A stretch of DNA of 64,000 bases from a virus: positions 4,579 to 68,578 of IMG/VR virus record IMGVR_UViG_3300042564_006854; one strand, written 5' to 3'. Numbering within the stretch: position 1 is the stretch's first letter; each line of letters starts with the position of its first letter. Shown here one piece after another: positions 1 to 10,299 of this stretch. Below the pieces are notes generated by a model. That model was not told the origin of the DNA and searched no databases. It worked only from the letters and a program-made list of their open reading frames with translations. Position numbers and translations under genes: made by a program.

Positions 1-45
1 AAAATATTTTACTTATCCCATCTGTTGGTATTAAGTGTAAATTTC

Positions 46-330
46 TCATAATGTATCTTTTTTACATTTATTACATTCAATATAGTGCATAATAATATAA
101 CCATGGTAACTATTATTTTCTAAATAGTCGTGACCATCAGAAGCTTCAATAATTTCCCAAGCCAAATCAAGCGCATTACCAGCATTGGAACCTTGAGGAA
201 ATGTTATAGTTCTCTTTGTTTTTAGTTTAATACCCTTTAGTTGATTATATTCACTTTCACTGATAGTAACTGTATCATCACCGCAACTGAATAATGTGAA
301 TAATAATAAAATTGTTGTTAATTTTTTCAT
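46..330 (-). CDS. putative lipoprotein
   Basis: 94-aa ORF with an N-terminal hydrophobic segment ending in a Cys lipobox (LLLFTLFSCGDD). Confidence 0.45.
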   Translation of the reverse strand: MKKLTTILLLFTLFSCGDDTVTISESEYNQLKGIKLKTKRTITFPQGSNAGNALDLAWEIIEASDGHDYLENNSYHGYIIMHYIECNKCKKDTL

Positions 331-638
331 AAGTCCAAATTTTGATCTTTAATTTTTTTTATAAATACTTTAGTTAATTCAGATTGATGCACAAAACACA
401 TTGATATCCATATATTTACATGAATCTGTTTATCAAATTCTGGGGTTAAGAAAAACTCTATGAATTGAGCTAATTCCTGATTATCGGCATAGCTAGTTTT
501 TCCACTTATTAGAATATTGTGATATTCAGCGTCAAATATATCCAATATTTTATTGCTAATCAACTTGCTCCTTTCTTCTGGATCAAGGTCAATTCCTTTT
601 AAATATTCTAATCTAATTTCAGCGGCTAGCTTTTCCAT
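327..638 (-). CDS. hypothetical protein
   Basis: 103-aa ORF abutting its neighbours on the same strand; no recognisable motif. Confidence 0.4.
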   Translation of the reverse strand: MEKLAAEIRLEYLKGIDLDPEERSKLISNKILDIFDAEYHNILISGKTSYADNQELAQFIEFFLTPEFDKQIHVNIWISMCFVHQSELTKVFIKKIKDQNLDL

Positions 639-700
639 GTATCTATAATACTATTAAGTTATTGAACTTAAACGATTAATTAGTAAATTTGATATTTGTT

Positions 701-1204
701 TCATAGTTTTTTTAGTATTAGGTTCCCGGCTGAGTCAAGTTTTGGTTTATTATAATAGTGACCCTGTGATATGCCCATGGCTGGATCAAAATTAAATTCT
801 TCTTCTGTCACTATCTCAACTTCAATTTCTGTTGGCTGTAACATTTTAAGTATTTCTTCTTCCTTATACTCAGTCAAAACACCAGTTTTATGGTCAATTT
901 GTATACTTTGTGCAATACGAATTGCTTCTTTAATTTCATCCAAAGTAAACACTTTGTCTTTATTCATTTCAAGAGCATCACAAAACCCATGTAAATAACC
1001 CTTTTGTGCATCTGTCAATGTTTCAGGTTTATTCCATTCATCGCCATAACTCATAGCTTTACCTAGAGCAATATCAAAATCGTCAACTATTCCAAACATC
1101 TCATCACAGTTTTCTTTAGATAGTTTGTCATTGTCCGTAGCATACATTATATTGTTTACTAATAAGACATATCCATTGTCTACTTTATTTAGTTTTGCCC
1201 TCAT
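701..1204 (-). CDS. hypothetical protein
   Basis: 167-aa ORF with protein-like composition; no motif recognised. Confidence 0.45.
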   Translation of the reverse strand: MRAKLNKVDNGYVLLVNNIMYATDNDKLSKENCDEMFGIVDDFDIALGKAMSYGDEWNKPETLTDAQKGYLHGFCDALEMNKDKVFTLDEIKEAIRIAQSIQIDHKTGVLTEYKEEEILKMLQPTEIEVEIVTEEEFNFDPAMGISQGHYYNKPKLDSAGNLILKKL

Positions 1205-1611
1205 GCTGATTTAATTTGCTGTGCCTCAGAAAGGCTAATTAGACGATTGACTATGTTAGAATTAAGATATTTTGCTCCAATCGACCCAATAAATAATCCT
1301 ATACAATCATCCTCAAGGGTCATATTAACACGATCCCAAAGTGATCCTTCATATTGAATACCATCTATTTCTAGAGTCATTCGAACAATCCTATTCTCTT
1401 GTACACTATGTTCACCGTGAATTTTTATTTTTACTCTTCCTTTTTTTAGTAATCGATATAGAGTCCATCGATTTTTCCAATAGTGAGGAACAAAGAAAAA
1501 TTCATATGCTCCCCATAGAGGAAAGCCTAGTGTTGGAATCATTAGGATCCATGCAATAATTAATCTAAATATATTGCTTTTTTCTTGAGTAAAGTGACTA
1601 TTCATTTTCAA
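1201..1611 (-). CDS. hypothetical membrane protein
   Basis: 136-aa ORF with one strongly hydrophobic segment (IIAWILMIPTLGFPLWGAY). Confidence 0.4.
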   Translation of the reverse strand: MKMNSHFTQEKSNIFRLIIAWILMIPTLGFPLWGAYEFFFVPHYWKNRWTLYRLLKKGRVKIKIHGEHSVQENRIVRMTLEIDGIQYEGSLWDRVNMTLEDDCIGLFIGSIGAKYLNSNIVNRLISLSEAQQIKSA

Positions 1612-1912
1612 ATTCTTTTTTTAGTTTTAAATAAGATTCATATCTCATCTTTCGACGTCTTTCGTCATCTTTTTTATTACTTTCAATTCTTTTCTGGAAC
1701 TGTTCGTCAGTTTCTTCAATCATTCTAATAATTTCACCATGCCAATATCCTCCATATTCAGCTTCATGATCTTCCATCCAACAAGAACGAATTCTATCAT
1801 CGTCTTCTAACTGAAGATGTTTAATATCACCCCAAGTTAATTCATCATTTTTCTGATGCCAATAAACTTGCTTTTCTTTTTTAATTTTTTCCGGAGATTT
1901 TCTTTCTTCCAT
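1598..1912 (-). CDS. hypothetical protein
   Basis: 104-aa charged ORF overlapping the start of its neighbour by a few codons, consistent with an operon. Confidence 0.4.
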   Translation of the reverse strand: MEERKSPEKIKKEKQVYWHQKNDELTWGDIKHLQLEDDDRIRSCWMEDHEAEYGGYWHGEIIRMIEETDEQFQKRIESNKKDDERRRKMRYESYLKLKKEFENE

Positions 1913-1917
1913 GATCC

Positions 1918-2157
1918 TTACTTTACTTGAATCATTGTACAGCTCTCTACTCCTCGATACAAAAGTATATGAACCGTATCATCGATAGTTATTTTGTATA
2001 ATCCTTTGTCTATTTCGTCAGACATCATTTCAACTTCTAACCGATTAACATGATCTGGAATATAGCCATTGAGTTTATCAACTGACTCCCCTTGAGGTGT
2101 TTTTGGAAAACTGCATGCTATAAATACTAACGGTATAGCTAATAGTAACCTTTTCAT
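1918..2157 (-). CDS. putative lipoprotein
   Basis: 79-aa ORF with a signal-like N-terminus ending in Cys (LVFIACSF). Confidence 0.35.
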   Translation of the reverse strand: MKRLLLAIPLVFIACSFPKTPQGESVDKLNGYIPDHVNRLEVEMMSDEIDKGLYKITIDDTVHILLYRGVESCTMIQVK

Positions 2158-2159
2158 AA

Positions 2160-2447
2160 TTAATAAATTTGATATTGACCTAGACTAGCAGTATTCAAGT
2201 ACTCCTTAAATTCAGATTCAAGCATACTGTATAAACTATTATCGTATGTAGAGACAAGAATTTTCCAACACTTTGCGCCTTCATTATATTCAAGATAATC
2301 TCTAATTATTCCAACGGTTCCGCCATAGTCCATCCCACCATAATAATATACTTGATGAGAATCGCCTCTAGTTTTTAAAGCACCTGCTTCCGCATGTGAT
2401 AAATAAGTGACACTATCACCTACTTCAAATTTCTTTTCCTTTTCCAT
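2160..2447 (-). CDS. hypothetical protein, C-terminal YxIY-tail family
   Basis: 95-aa ORF ending ...GQYQIY, the same C-terminal motif as the 43.7-47.3 kb family. Confidence 0.4.
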   Translation of the reverse strand: MEKEKKFEVGDSVTYLSHAEAGALKTRGDSHQVYYYGGMDYGGTVGIIRDYLEYNEGAKCWKILVSTYDNSLYSMLESEFKEYLNTASLGQYQIY

Positions 2448-2449
2448 AA

Positions 2450-2695
2450 TTAATTATTTTGTATGTGGGATGCAAAAATTCCGTTACCAGTATCTTCGCC
2501 ATTAAATAACTGACCTTTTTGAAACATTGACTTTCCGTATTCTAACATAAGTTGGTCATAACCAACCTCATCTTCAGAAAAACCATGAGACTCACAATGG
2601 TCTCTATAATCATACCAGTCTTCGTATCCTTTCGCTTGAGCCCAAGTGTCTTTAAACTTACGTAACTCTTTGTAATCTGTCCTGTCGATTTTCAT
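2450..2695 (-). CDS. hypothetical protein
   Basis: 81-aa ORF; no motif recognised. Confidence 0.35.
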   Translation of the reverse strand: MKIDRTDYKELRKFKDTWAQAKGYEDWYDYRDHCESHGFSEDEVGYDQLMLEYGKSMFQKGQLFNGEDTGNGIFASHIQNN

Positions 2696-2698
2696 AAA

Positions 2699-2971
2699 TT
2701 AATAGATTTCGTAAGCAGGTTCAGTTGATTTAGGTTCTATCCCAAGAACGCATTCATTAAATTCATCAAGCGTAATTTCAACAGCATTGCCCATCAACCC
2801 ATCACTATATGCAGTGGTATCTTCTTCTAAATAATAGATCAAGTATATAAACGAACCGCCAACCGATGCATTGCTTGTTGCGAAATATTCTCCAAACCAT
2901 TCGCATACCTCTTTACTAGATGATTGGCGAATTGCCCAAACTTTAGGTAAATCCTTTATGTTCTTCTTCAT
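2699..2971 (-). CDS. hypothetical protein, C-terminal YxIY-tail family
   Basis: 90-aa ORF ending ...PAYEIY. Confidence 0.4.
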   Translation of the reverse strand: MKKNIKDLPKVWAIRQSSSKEVCEWFGEYFATSNASVGGSFIYLIYYLEEDTTAYSDGLMGNAVEITLDEFNECVLGIEPKSTEPAYEIY

Positions 2972-3007
2972 AGATTTATAATACTTAAAAAGATTAATCA
3001 GTTAAAA

Positions 3008-3397
3008 CTATTTTTTGTTAGTTGCCCACCATTCCAATACGGCTTCAACTGATCCGTGTTCTTCTAATAGTTGAGCGCAATATTCTTTAGTTCCAGGAAC
3101 AACTCGTAAAATGGATTGAAGCATTGCAATATACCAAAGATCCTTTGCTGAGAATCCTGTGCGGTATTCATGAACATCATTTAAGAGTCCACGTAAATTA
3201 CGATGATTGACCCATTTGCCCTCTCCATTCAATCTAAAGAAGACAGAACTGGAATTTATATGGATATTTGACTTGTAGTCAAGATTAGGATCATCCGCTT
3301 GATCACCAGTCCATAGGTCGATTGATCCTTCCATACAATGGAGTCGCCTAAAACTAAACCATCTCTCCTCAAGATGCTCAACTTGTGGACTACTCAC
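3008..3397 (-). CDS. hypothetical protein
   Basis: 129-aa ORF; no motif recognised. Confidence 0.4.
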   Translation of the reverse strand: MSSPQVEHLEERWFSFRRLHCMEGSIDLWTGDQADDPNLDYKSNIHINSSSVFFRLNGEGKWVNHRNLRGLLNDVHEYRTGFSAKDLWYIAMLQSILRVVPGTKEYCAQLLEEHGSVEAVLEWWATNKK

Positions 3398-3815
3398 CCT
3401 TAAGTTTTTTTATTTTTTCTTCAAGTCTCTTGATCTCGGATTCTTTACGATCAGCTTCACTTTTATTTCTTCGATTAATATATTCTGCTGATTCTTCAGG
3501 TGTAGCTAATCTAAACTCCACTCCATATACTTCCAATGCTTGATGGTCGCAATGCCAATCACAAGCAACATAGTTTGCACCCTTACTATTTAGATCAACT
3601 AGTGTAGAGATAAGATCCTCAATCTTAACCAGTCCAGCATCAGAATATAGTTGCTCGCCAAATGTCTTAGTATCTGAATGAATATCCCAATCTAATCCTA
3701 AATCTTCTTCAGGTCGAGCTGCAATATCTTTCTGCCCGATTTTCTTTAAGTTAAAAAATATTTCTTTTTCCATATTATTCATAATCAAATTCAAGGTCTG
3801 ACCATAATCGGTCAA
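3390..3815 (-). CDS. hypothetical protein
   Basis: 141-aa ORF with a charged C-terminal coiled-coil-like tail. Confidence 0.4.
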   Translation of the reverse strand: MTDYGQTLNLIMNNMEKEIFFNLKKIGQKDIAARPEEDLGLDWDIHSDTKTFGEQLYSDAGLVKIEDLISTLVDLNSKGANYVACDWHCDHQALEVYGVEFRLATPEESAEYINRRNKSEADRKESEIKRLEEKIKKLKGE

Positions 3816-4164
3816 CTAGATCAAGCGGTACTCTATTTAGATTAACAAATTCTTCAATTCCTTTAAATAGAAGAGAAAGTTTTCCAAAATTTTGATTGAC
3901 TTCACGAATAGTTAACACTGCTTCATCAAATAGTATCTCTAATTCATCGTCGGTTGGATTATCATAGTACTCATGATAATCTATTTCGTTACAATTATCG
4001 TCATCTGCTCCCCATACTTGTAGATGAGTATACTCTTCACTACCTATCTCCGTTTCAAGCTGAAGAAATAGATTGATTGTTCCAAGAGTTACAATAATTA
4101 CCTCTCCATCAAGAGTATAAGGATATCTGCCTTTTTTAATTAATGCAATTATTTTATTCAGCAT
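3775..4164 (-). CDS. hypothetical protein
   Basis: 129-aa acidic ORF. Confidence 0.4.
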   Translation of the reverse strand: MLNKIIALIKKGRYPYTLDGEVIIVTLGTINLFLQLETEIGSEEYTHLQVWGADDDNCNEIDYHEYYDNPTDDELEILFDEAVLTIREVNQNFGKLSLLFKGIEEFVNLNRVPLDLVDRLWSDLEFDYE

Positions 4165-4714
4165 GATTTTCCCAGTCTATTTTAGGGCAATATTTATGAT
4201 AAGTCGCCTTAATAAATTCAATAATAATGCGCTCTTTAATTTTCTTTGGAGTAAAATTAGGATTCTTAATCCAATCTTCTTCAGTTGAACTCCAAATAAA
4301 TTCACGAGTAGCTTGTCGACGTTTCTCTTTGATTCGCTCGATTAAGTATAGTATCCCTGCGACACATGCAACTAATGCTGCACCTGCCCATAGTATTATA
4401 CCTGATTCTTGCCATGCCCCAAGCAGAGTCTGATTAGATACCCAGCCCCAAATAAAATAGGTAAATGGAGATATCATTACAATTATTAAAATAATTCCGG
4501 CCCAACCAAGAATTCCAGTAGCTAGCCTAACCGCCCATTCAGTTGGTTTTTTAACGATCACCGAAGAAGGAATTGATATGATTGCTACCGGTATAAGAAG
4601 AATCCACATAAAGACTAGTTTCCAAAAATATGGACATAGTGATTGAGGCATTTGACTTGTCATGTAAAACCATCTGTAAAGTCTTGCACTAATACTGTTT
4701 CGATTTAATTTCAT
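4154..4714 (-). CDS. hypothetical multi-pass membrane protein
   Basis: 186-aa ORF with about four hydrophobic helices. Confidence 0.45.
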   Translation of the reverse strand: MKLNRNSISARLYRWFYMTSQMPQSLCPYFWKLVFMWILLIPVAIISIPSSVIVKKPTEWAVRLATGILGWAGIILIIVMISPFTYFIWGWVSNQTLLGAWQESGIILWAGAALVACVAGILYLIERIKEKRRQATREFIWSSTEEDWIKNPNFTPKKIKERIIIEFIKATYHKYCPKIDWENHAE

Positions 4715-4736
4715 AATTTAGTTTTTAATTATTATA

Positions 4737-5132
4737 CTAATTTTTTCTACCCTTTTCTCTGTCTCCAGCAATTTTATTCATAAATATAATAAACTCATGA
4801 ATAATTAACTCATCACTCATGCCCAAGTGTCGAAGTTCCCAGCCTTTAACTAGTGCATCATTAAGCTCACGTTCAGTATATCTAAAATTCTTTACAAACT
4901 GATAGACTTTTGAATTACTTGGTCGAGCCTCTATTGATTGACTTGGATAATTCCATAATTTACCTCGACTATCAGTAATATCAAAATTACCGTCAATGAA
5001 TGCATATAGTCCATCAATCTCAAGAGTCAAGCAGGTCTCACCATATTGATCCTGAATCTCGACCTGATAATTATTGATTTTTACTGCACTTAAACAGTCG
5101 CCTTCATAATTAATTAATCCTAGTTTTTTCAT
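4737..5132 (-). CDS. hypothetical protein
   Basis: 131-aa ORF. Confidence 0.4.
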   Translation of the reverse strand: MKKLGLINYEGDCLSAVKINNYQVEIQDQYGETCLTLEIDGLYAFIDGNFDITDSRGKLWNYPSQSIEARPSNSKVYQFVKNFRYTERELNDALVKGWELRHLGMSDELIIHEFIIFMNKIAGDREKGRKN

Positions 5133-5147
5133 GTTATGTGTGCTTAT

Positions 5148-5558
5148 TTAAAATTCCTTTAATAAAAAATCAGTTGGCAACTTATCAGCTAGCTTACAAT
5201 ACTCAAGTATATCGATTATTACAAATCGACCAACCTTTTCTACATTTATCCATACGATATGCATCCATGGATGAGAAACTGATATTACATATCGAATACT
5301 GACTCCATATAATTTTTCAAACTCTTTATCCTGTTTACCTAATTCATCGATCGAATCATCAAGAGATACATCGCTTGATACATATTCAAACGAATGACTT
5401 CTTTCTAAATCAGCTAAGGTATTTGCCATGACCTTATTGTATATTGCAAGATCAGGATTATGGAATACTTCACCACTTACTGCAATCATATGCGGAGTAC
5501 CAATATAGCTCTCAACATACTTAAAAATAGTATCCTTTAACTCGTCAGATATGTGCAT
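5148..5558 (-). CDS. hypothetical protein
   Basis: 136-aa ORF. Confidence 0.4.
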   Translation of the reverse strand: MHISDELKDTIFKYVESYIGTPHMIAVSGEVFHNPDLAIYNKVMANTLADLERSHSFEYVSSDVSLDDSIDELGKQDKEFEKLYGVSIRYVISVSHPWMHIVWINVEKVGRFVIIDILEYCKLADKLPTDFLLKEF

Positions 5559-6205
5559 CAGTCTAGTGATGTTGGATAGTACAACAAGGTAGGATTTTTC
5601 TTTTGTATGTCAATCATTGGATATGCCTTTTTAAAAGTCAACACATCAAATTTCTTAGTAATTAAGTGGTGACCGTTCCTAGTTGGAATAATAGCTTCAA
5701 TTTTTGGTCCAATAATATAACCATTTGGTAGACCAGCTCCATCAAAATTAATTTGAGTAAATGGAGCACATTCATATTCAATACAAGCCATCATCATTGG
5801 ACTTGGTTCATGCTGATCATCGACATCAATAATCCACCGTTTTTCTTGAGTTTTTATTTGACCTACTACTGAATCAAACAGACCTTTTTGATTTGAGACT
5901 CCATTTCGAATACGCGTAGCAAGTTCAGCCAACATATTTAAAGAAACTTCAGAGTGATTTTGTTTTTGTACATGAATGTATGCTCGAGCTTTAAAGATTT
6001 CACAAAGCTGAGTGATTTCATCCCATCTCTTCTCTAGATGGTCGACACTTTCAATACAATAAGTTTTGATTGTTCGAACCGATTGATGATTATCACGTTC
6101 ACCTTCAGGCTGATCCTTTTTACGTTTAAACACATAGAGCATATAAAAGTCTCCAGGTTCTGAGAAATTCAGTAAAGGTTTTATTAACTCTAAATTGTTT
6201 ATCAT
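5558..6205 (-). CDS. hypothetical protein
   Basis: 215-aa ORF; no confident motif. Confidence 0.45.
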   Translation of the reverse strand: MINNLELIKPLLNFSEPGDFYMLYVFKRKKDQPEGERDNHQSVRTIKTYCIESVDHLEKRWDEITQLCEIFKARAYIHVQKQNHSEVSLNMLAELATRIRNGVSNQKGLFDSVVGQIKTQEKRWIIDVDDQHEPSPMMMACIEYECAPFTQINFDGAGLPNGYIIGPKIEAIIPTRNGHHLITKKFDVLTFKKAYPMIDIQKKNPTLLYYPTSLD

Positions 6206-6206
6206 T

Positions 6207-6539
6207 TTATTCTACTATTTTTTCAACGTAAGTACATGTTTCGCCAGCATCAAATCCTTTTTCAATAAGCAAGGGTAGAGAAGCAGGTTTACACCAAGCA
6301 TAGATTAAATAGCCTCGATATTTAGACTCTACATAATCCCAGCGAGCATCCCATAATTTTCTGAATATTCCTAATCGGCGATGATCTTCGTGAACCCAGG
6401 CGTCTAAGAATTTAATCTTTTTATTCTCCTCGCGTTCCATATAGATATGACCAACAATTTCTCCATTGACCATAGCTATCCAGGTTTCAAGGCGCTGTGC
6501 ATTGCTCTTTAGGTGAATAATCTTAATATCATCAATCAT
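6207..6539 (-). CDS. GNAT-family N-acetyltransferase-like protein
   Basis: 110-aa ORF with a motif-A-like segment (HEDHRRLGIFRKLW) matching the acetyl-CoA-binding R-x-x-G-x-G/A pattern. Confidence 0.45.
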   Translation of the reverse strand: MIDDIKIIHLKSNAQRLETWIAMVNGEIVGHIYMEREENKKIKFLDAWVHEDHRRLGIFRKLWDARWDYVESKYRGYLIYAWCKPASLPLLIEKGFDAGETCTYVEKIVE

Positions 6540-6828
6540 TTGTCGAGGAACCTTTTAGTACTACTTCAATTTTTTCCTGAATAGCTTGAGGCAATCCATC
6601 AACTATGGAAATCTCTTCCAGTAGTTCAGCAGTTGCATCACCATTCTCTAAAAAGTTTCTTCTTACTGCTTTTCCTAAGTCAGCGTCGTTTGGGTATTTT
6701 TTAATTAAGTTTTTCATAATTCACGTAAAGATTTAAAGAATTGCCAAACAGCTATTGAAATTATTACAGTTACACCTATTACTACAAATACTTGTGCAAC
6801 TGGATGAATTTTAGATAGTTCTTCCATT

Positions 6829-7035
6829 TTAATTATTTTTTATTCCAATGATTGCAATTAATACAGTCACACAAATGGTGATGATAGACAAGGTAAGGTT
6901 AGTTTCCCATAATACGATAGTTAGGATCGCTGGAAAAAGAAGATTACAGTCAACGTTACCTTCTGCTGCATGTTGCCCAATGCTTAGAACCATGCCGAGT
7001 AAACTTAAGATTGCAATTGTAATTATCATAATCAT
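6829..7035 (-). CDS. small hydrophobic membrane protein
   Basis: 68-aa two-helix ORF on the strand shared by its neighbours; the overlapping plus-strand ORF was not called. Confidence 0.3.
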   Translation of the reverse strand: MIMIITIAILSLLGMVLSIGQHAAEGNVDCNLLFPAILTIVLWETNLTLSIITICVTVLIAIIGIKNN

Positions 7036-7086
7036 ATTTTTAATTATTATACTATCTTTTTTAAATAAATAAAAAAAACGTATGTA

Positions 7087-7647
7087 ATGTTAGTTAATTT
7101 TAAACAGTGGGTGGCATTAAATGAAAATTTAGGATCGCTTGAAAGTAACATATCTGATCTAATTAATCAATTTTTTATAAAATTTATGGATGAATTAGAT
7201 GATGAATGCCTAGAAAAAGGATATGGTTGTCTTTCTCAAGACAATCGAGAGGATAATAAACTGTTCATACAAGTTAGTGCAACTCTTGAAAATGAAGAAG
7301 AGTGCGAAATTAAGATTAAAATTAAAATTAATTATCGTGAACCTAAGGATCATGAAATTACTCTACTCGAAGTAGGAATGATTGACGTTAATGAATTTAT
7401 AGAAGACTGCACCATTGAATATATTGCAAATATTGTAAATACGAATATTAATGGCGAAGATATCGATATCTCTTCAGCAACAGATAATTATGATATTACA
7501 ACTATTGCAACCAGTCCATCTCTATCTTCTCCAAATGTTGAAATGCTTATGGGTTGGATCGACAATTCAATTGAAGATTGTGAATATCGTATTAATAATG
7601 GTCTACTAGATAACGATGAGGATGAAGAAGAGTGGGAAGAAGATTAA
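7087..7647 (+). CDS. acidic hypothetical protein
   Basis: 186-aa very acidic ORF; N-terminus (FKQWVALNE) weakly resembles the capsid-targeting-like motif. Confidence 0.45.
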   Translation: MLVNFKQWVALNENLGSLESNISDLINQFFIKFMDELDDECLEKGYGCLSQDNREDNKLFIQVSATLENEEECEIKIKIKINYREPKDHEITLLEVGMIDVNEFIEDCTIEYIANIVNTNINGEDIDISSATDNYDITTIATSPSLSSPNVEMLMGWIDNSIEDCEYRINNGLLDNDEDEEEWEED

Positions 7648-8589
7648 TTATTTTCCAAATCCTACCCGTGTCTGTTCCTTTACTCGAGGTGCCTTTTTAA
7701 GATTGTCCAAAGAATCAATAGTTTCTTCAAAACTTTTACCCATTACAATTACTGAAATTATTACCTCTTTAAGATGAGATAGTGACATTCCTTCAGTCAT
7801 CTTAATCCAGTCTTCAATATCTATTTTAGATAGATCATCATCAGTCAATTTATTTGTAATATATGCACGACGAATATCTTCATTTGGTAATTCGATTTTA
7901 TATCGACGATCAAATCGAGAAGGTCTATTAGTTAATCGCTCCTGTAATTTTTCAGGATAATTAGTAGTTGCAATATAGACAACTCCATCTATTTGTTTTA
8001 CTCCATCTAGAATATTTAAAAGCTTTGAAGTAGAGTATCGATCATCTCCAGCAAGAGAGTCAATATCTTCCAAGAGCACAACCAGTGGTCGATTAGGTTC
8101 AATTTTTCTAAAGGTTTGAATAAATTCAGTAAACATTTCAATGTCCTCCTGCGACTTTATGTTGATTACGATCCCATTAAGTTCTAGGAGTTGATTTGAT
8201 AAGAGCTGAATAATTCCAGATTTACCACAACCTGGTTCACCATAGAGAAGAATACCACGTTTATGGACAAAACTATATTGCTTGTAAATACCAACCCTTT
8301 GCCAAAATGAATTAATATCGTTTAAAATATCCTTAATTTCAGGAGAAGGTAATTGGTATAGTTCGTCTGTTGTAAATGGTTGCTTTCTTAATGTATGTGA
8401 TTGTACGCCCGGATTCCATCCAATTTCATAAACTCCTGCAGGTACCTCCGGTACTGTTGAGTATGCTGGTGCAAATTCTTCGTTTTTTAAATTAGACCAA
8501 CATGTTGGAATAGTTAAATCAATACTATCATGCGGCAAATCACTATTCGATAAACCAATTCTTTCTATAATGCCTCTTTTTCTACTCAT
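7648..8589 (-). CDS. AAA+ ATPase (classic AAA clade)
   Basis: Walker A GEPGCGKS, Walker B VVLLEDID, and second region ATTNYPEKL...RPSRFDRR (sensor/arginine finger). Confidence 0.75.
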   Translation of the reverse strand: MSRKRGIIERIGLSNSDLPHDSIDLTIPTCWSNLKNEEFAPAYSTVPEVPAGVYEIGWNPGVQSHTLRKQPFTTDELYQLPSPEIKDILNDINSFWQRVGIYKQYSFVHKRGILLYGEPGCGKSGIIQLLSNQLLELNGIVINIKSQEDIEMFTEFIQTFRKIEPNRPLVVLLEDIDSLAGDDRYSTSKLLNILDGVKQIDGVVYIATTNYPEKLQERLTNRPSRFDRRYKIELPNEDIRRAYITNKLTDDDLSKIDIEDWIKMTEGMSLSHLKEVIISVIVMGKSFEETIDSLDNLKKAPRVKEQTRVGFGK

Positions 8590-8638
8590 ATTATAATAAT
8601 ACTATATTTTTTGAATGATTAAACATACTAAGCATTAA

Positions 8639-8657
8639 GAGATAAATAATTAAAATA
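8639..8657 (+). promoter_or_regulatory. late-promoter-like motif AGATAAATAATTAAAATAA
   Basis: Contains ATAAATA (T4/cyanophage late consensus TATAAATA/NATAAATA); lies 30 nt upstream of the ATG at 8669. The same extended motif recurs before at least eight plus-strand genes. Confidence 0.5.
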
Positions 8658-8668
8658 ACTTTCAAAAT

Positions 8669-10297
8669 ATGTCATTTATTAACTGGGGACATGAGACTCC
8701 TGAACAGAAGGAGATTAGAAGAAGAATGGAAGATCGTATGATGTTTGAACAGGTAGCATATAATTCTGCAATGGCTGCTGCAGCTGCAGCTGGTTCTAGT
8801 GGAACCAGACCAGGTTCAATTCAATTTGTGGTAGACACAACAAACTATCTTGAATTTAGATTAGAGTTTACCTCTACTAACTCGCCAATTGAATTTACTA
8901 TTAATTGGGGAGACGGTACTATTCACGAAGACTCTGGAGCCGGCGGATTATATGACGAACTCCATACTTATGAAGAGATAGGAGAGTATACGGTTACTGT
9001 TACATTTAATAAACCTCAAAACATATTAGAACTTAATTTTGAAGGATCAAATGATGATTATGCAAATATAACCTCAATTACTGGTTTACAAAGACTTAGG
9101 AATTTAGAGGAAATTGGAGCAGATTGGAATTCATTAGTGAGTGTTGATTTATCAAATATGACTAATCTTAATTATGTTGACATTAGTGATTGCGAGACGA
9201 TTGGATCAGAAGACCCATCCTTAACAAGCGTTAATCTTTTAGGTTGTACTAGTCTAACTGAACTTCGAATAGACGGTAGCGATTTTTCAGCAGGCCTTCC
9301 AAATTTTAGAGATCTACAAAATCTTATTCAGTTAGATATAGATAACTCAAGTCTTTCAGGAATAATTGACATATCTTATTTTCCAAATTTAGAACGCTGT
9401 GATTTATCAGGTAATACCGGTATAACTGCCGTTACTATTTCTAGATCTCAGCCAATCGGTGATAACGAACGCTCACTTGATTTATATGGATGTAGTTTAA
9501 CTCAAGCTGCAGTTGACTTTATCCTAGTTGAACTAAGTCTAAACGGTATTTCAGATGGTTATGTTTATCTTGATGGTGAAGGTAATGCTATACCGAGTGC
9601 AACTGGTCTTGCTGCTAAAACTGTTTTAGAAAGCCGTGGATGGAATGTAAATATTAACCTTCCGCCTCCCGGATATGTTGATATTTCAGCAAGCTCTGAC
9701 TTTGATATAGTTGGTGATTTTACAATAGAGATGTTTGTTAAATTTAGTAATCTAAGTGGATATGCTCGACCATATAGTTTTGGAGCATATCCAACTGCTG
9801 CGAATGCCGTTTCCTTTGAGAGTGGGACAATGTATTTCTGGGCAAATCTGTCTGGTCAACGTTCATTTGGACCATTCACGCCTGTTACAGGACAATGGTA
9901 TCACGTTTGCATAATGAGATCTGAAGATAATATTGCTCTATTTATTGATGGTACACGTATTGCAACATATTTATATGCTGATTCAATACCGAGTCAAGGA
10001 TTACCTTTAACAATAGGAAATGGTAATGAACCTAATTCATCACTAAACGGATTAATAAGTAACTTTAGATGGACCTCTTCTGCCTTGTATGATACTGAAG
10101 GTTTCAGTCCACCGACTTCTCAATTAACTGACTTGCCTGAAACAGTATTATTAATCTTCCAAGGAACAACTCTTGGTGCATTATTAACTGATAATAGCGG
10201 AAACGGCCATAATGCAACAGGATCAGGAACGTTTACATACAGTTCAGATGATCCATTTAACTCAGCACAAGGATCTTTACAAGTAGGAAACGTTTAA
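8669..10297 (+). CDS. putative virion structural protein (LRR-like region plus ConA/LamG-like lectin domain)
   Basis: 542-aa ORF: leucine-rich-repeat-like N..L..L motifs in the middle, then a jelly-roll-like segment (FTIEMFVKF...WYHVCIMRSEDNIALFIDG); late-promoter motif upstream; first about 45 aa shared with ORF 11086. Confidence 0.5.
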   Translation: MSFINWGHETPEQKEIRRRMEDRMMFEQVAYNSAMAAAAAAGSSGTRPGSIQFVVDTTNYLEFRLEFTSTNSPIEFTINWGDGTIHEDSGAGGLYDELHTYEEIGEYTVTVTFNKPQNILELNFEGSNDDYANITSITGLQRLRNLEEIGADWNSLVSVDLSNMTNLNYVDISDCETIGSEDPSLTSVNLLGCTSLTELRIDGSDFSAGLPNFRDLQNLIQLDIDNSSLSGIIDISYFPNLERCDLSGNTGITAVTISRSQPIGDNERSLDLYGCSLTQAAVDFILVELSLNGISDGYVYLDGEGNAIPSATGLAAKTVLESRGWNVNINLPPPGYVDISASSDFDIVGDFTIEMFVKFSNLSGYARPYSFGAYPTAANAVSFESGTMYFWANLSGQRSFGPFTPVTGQWYHVCIMRSEDNIALFIDGTRIATYLYADSIPSQGLPLTIGNGNEPNSSLNGLISNFRWTSSALYDTEGFSPPTSQLTDLPETVLLIFQGTTLGALLTDNSGNGHNATGSGTFTYSSDDPFNSAQGSLQVGNV

Positions 10298-10299
10298 CA

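Noticed and set aside
771-998. Plus-strand ORFs nested inside longer minus-strand genes (771-998, 1341-1559, 4227-4433, 10601-10828, 22125-22331, 31919-32155, 33997-34197, 34323-34514, 38886-39083, 41135-41335, 45859-46089, 49888-50322, 54079-54635, 57410-57643, 59439-59678 and similar)
   Set aside because: Low-complexity, Ser/Leu/Ile-rich translations typical of antisense frames in AT-rich DNA; each overlaps a longer ORF with ordinary composition on the strand shared by its neighbours.
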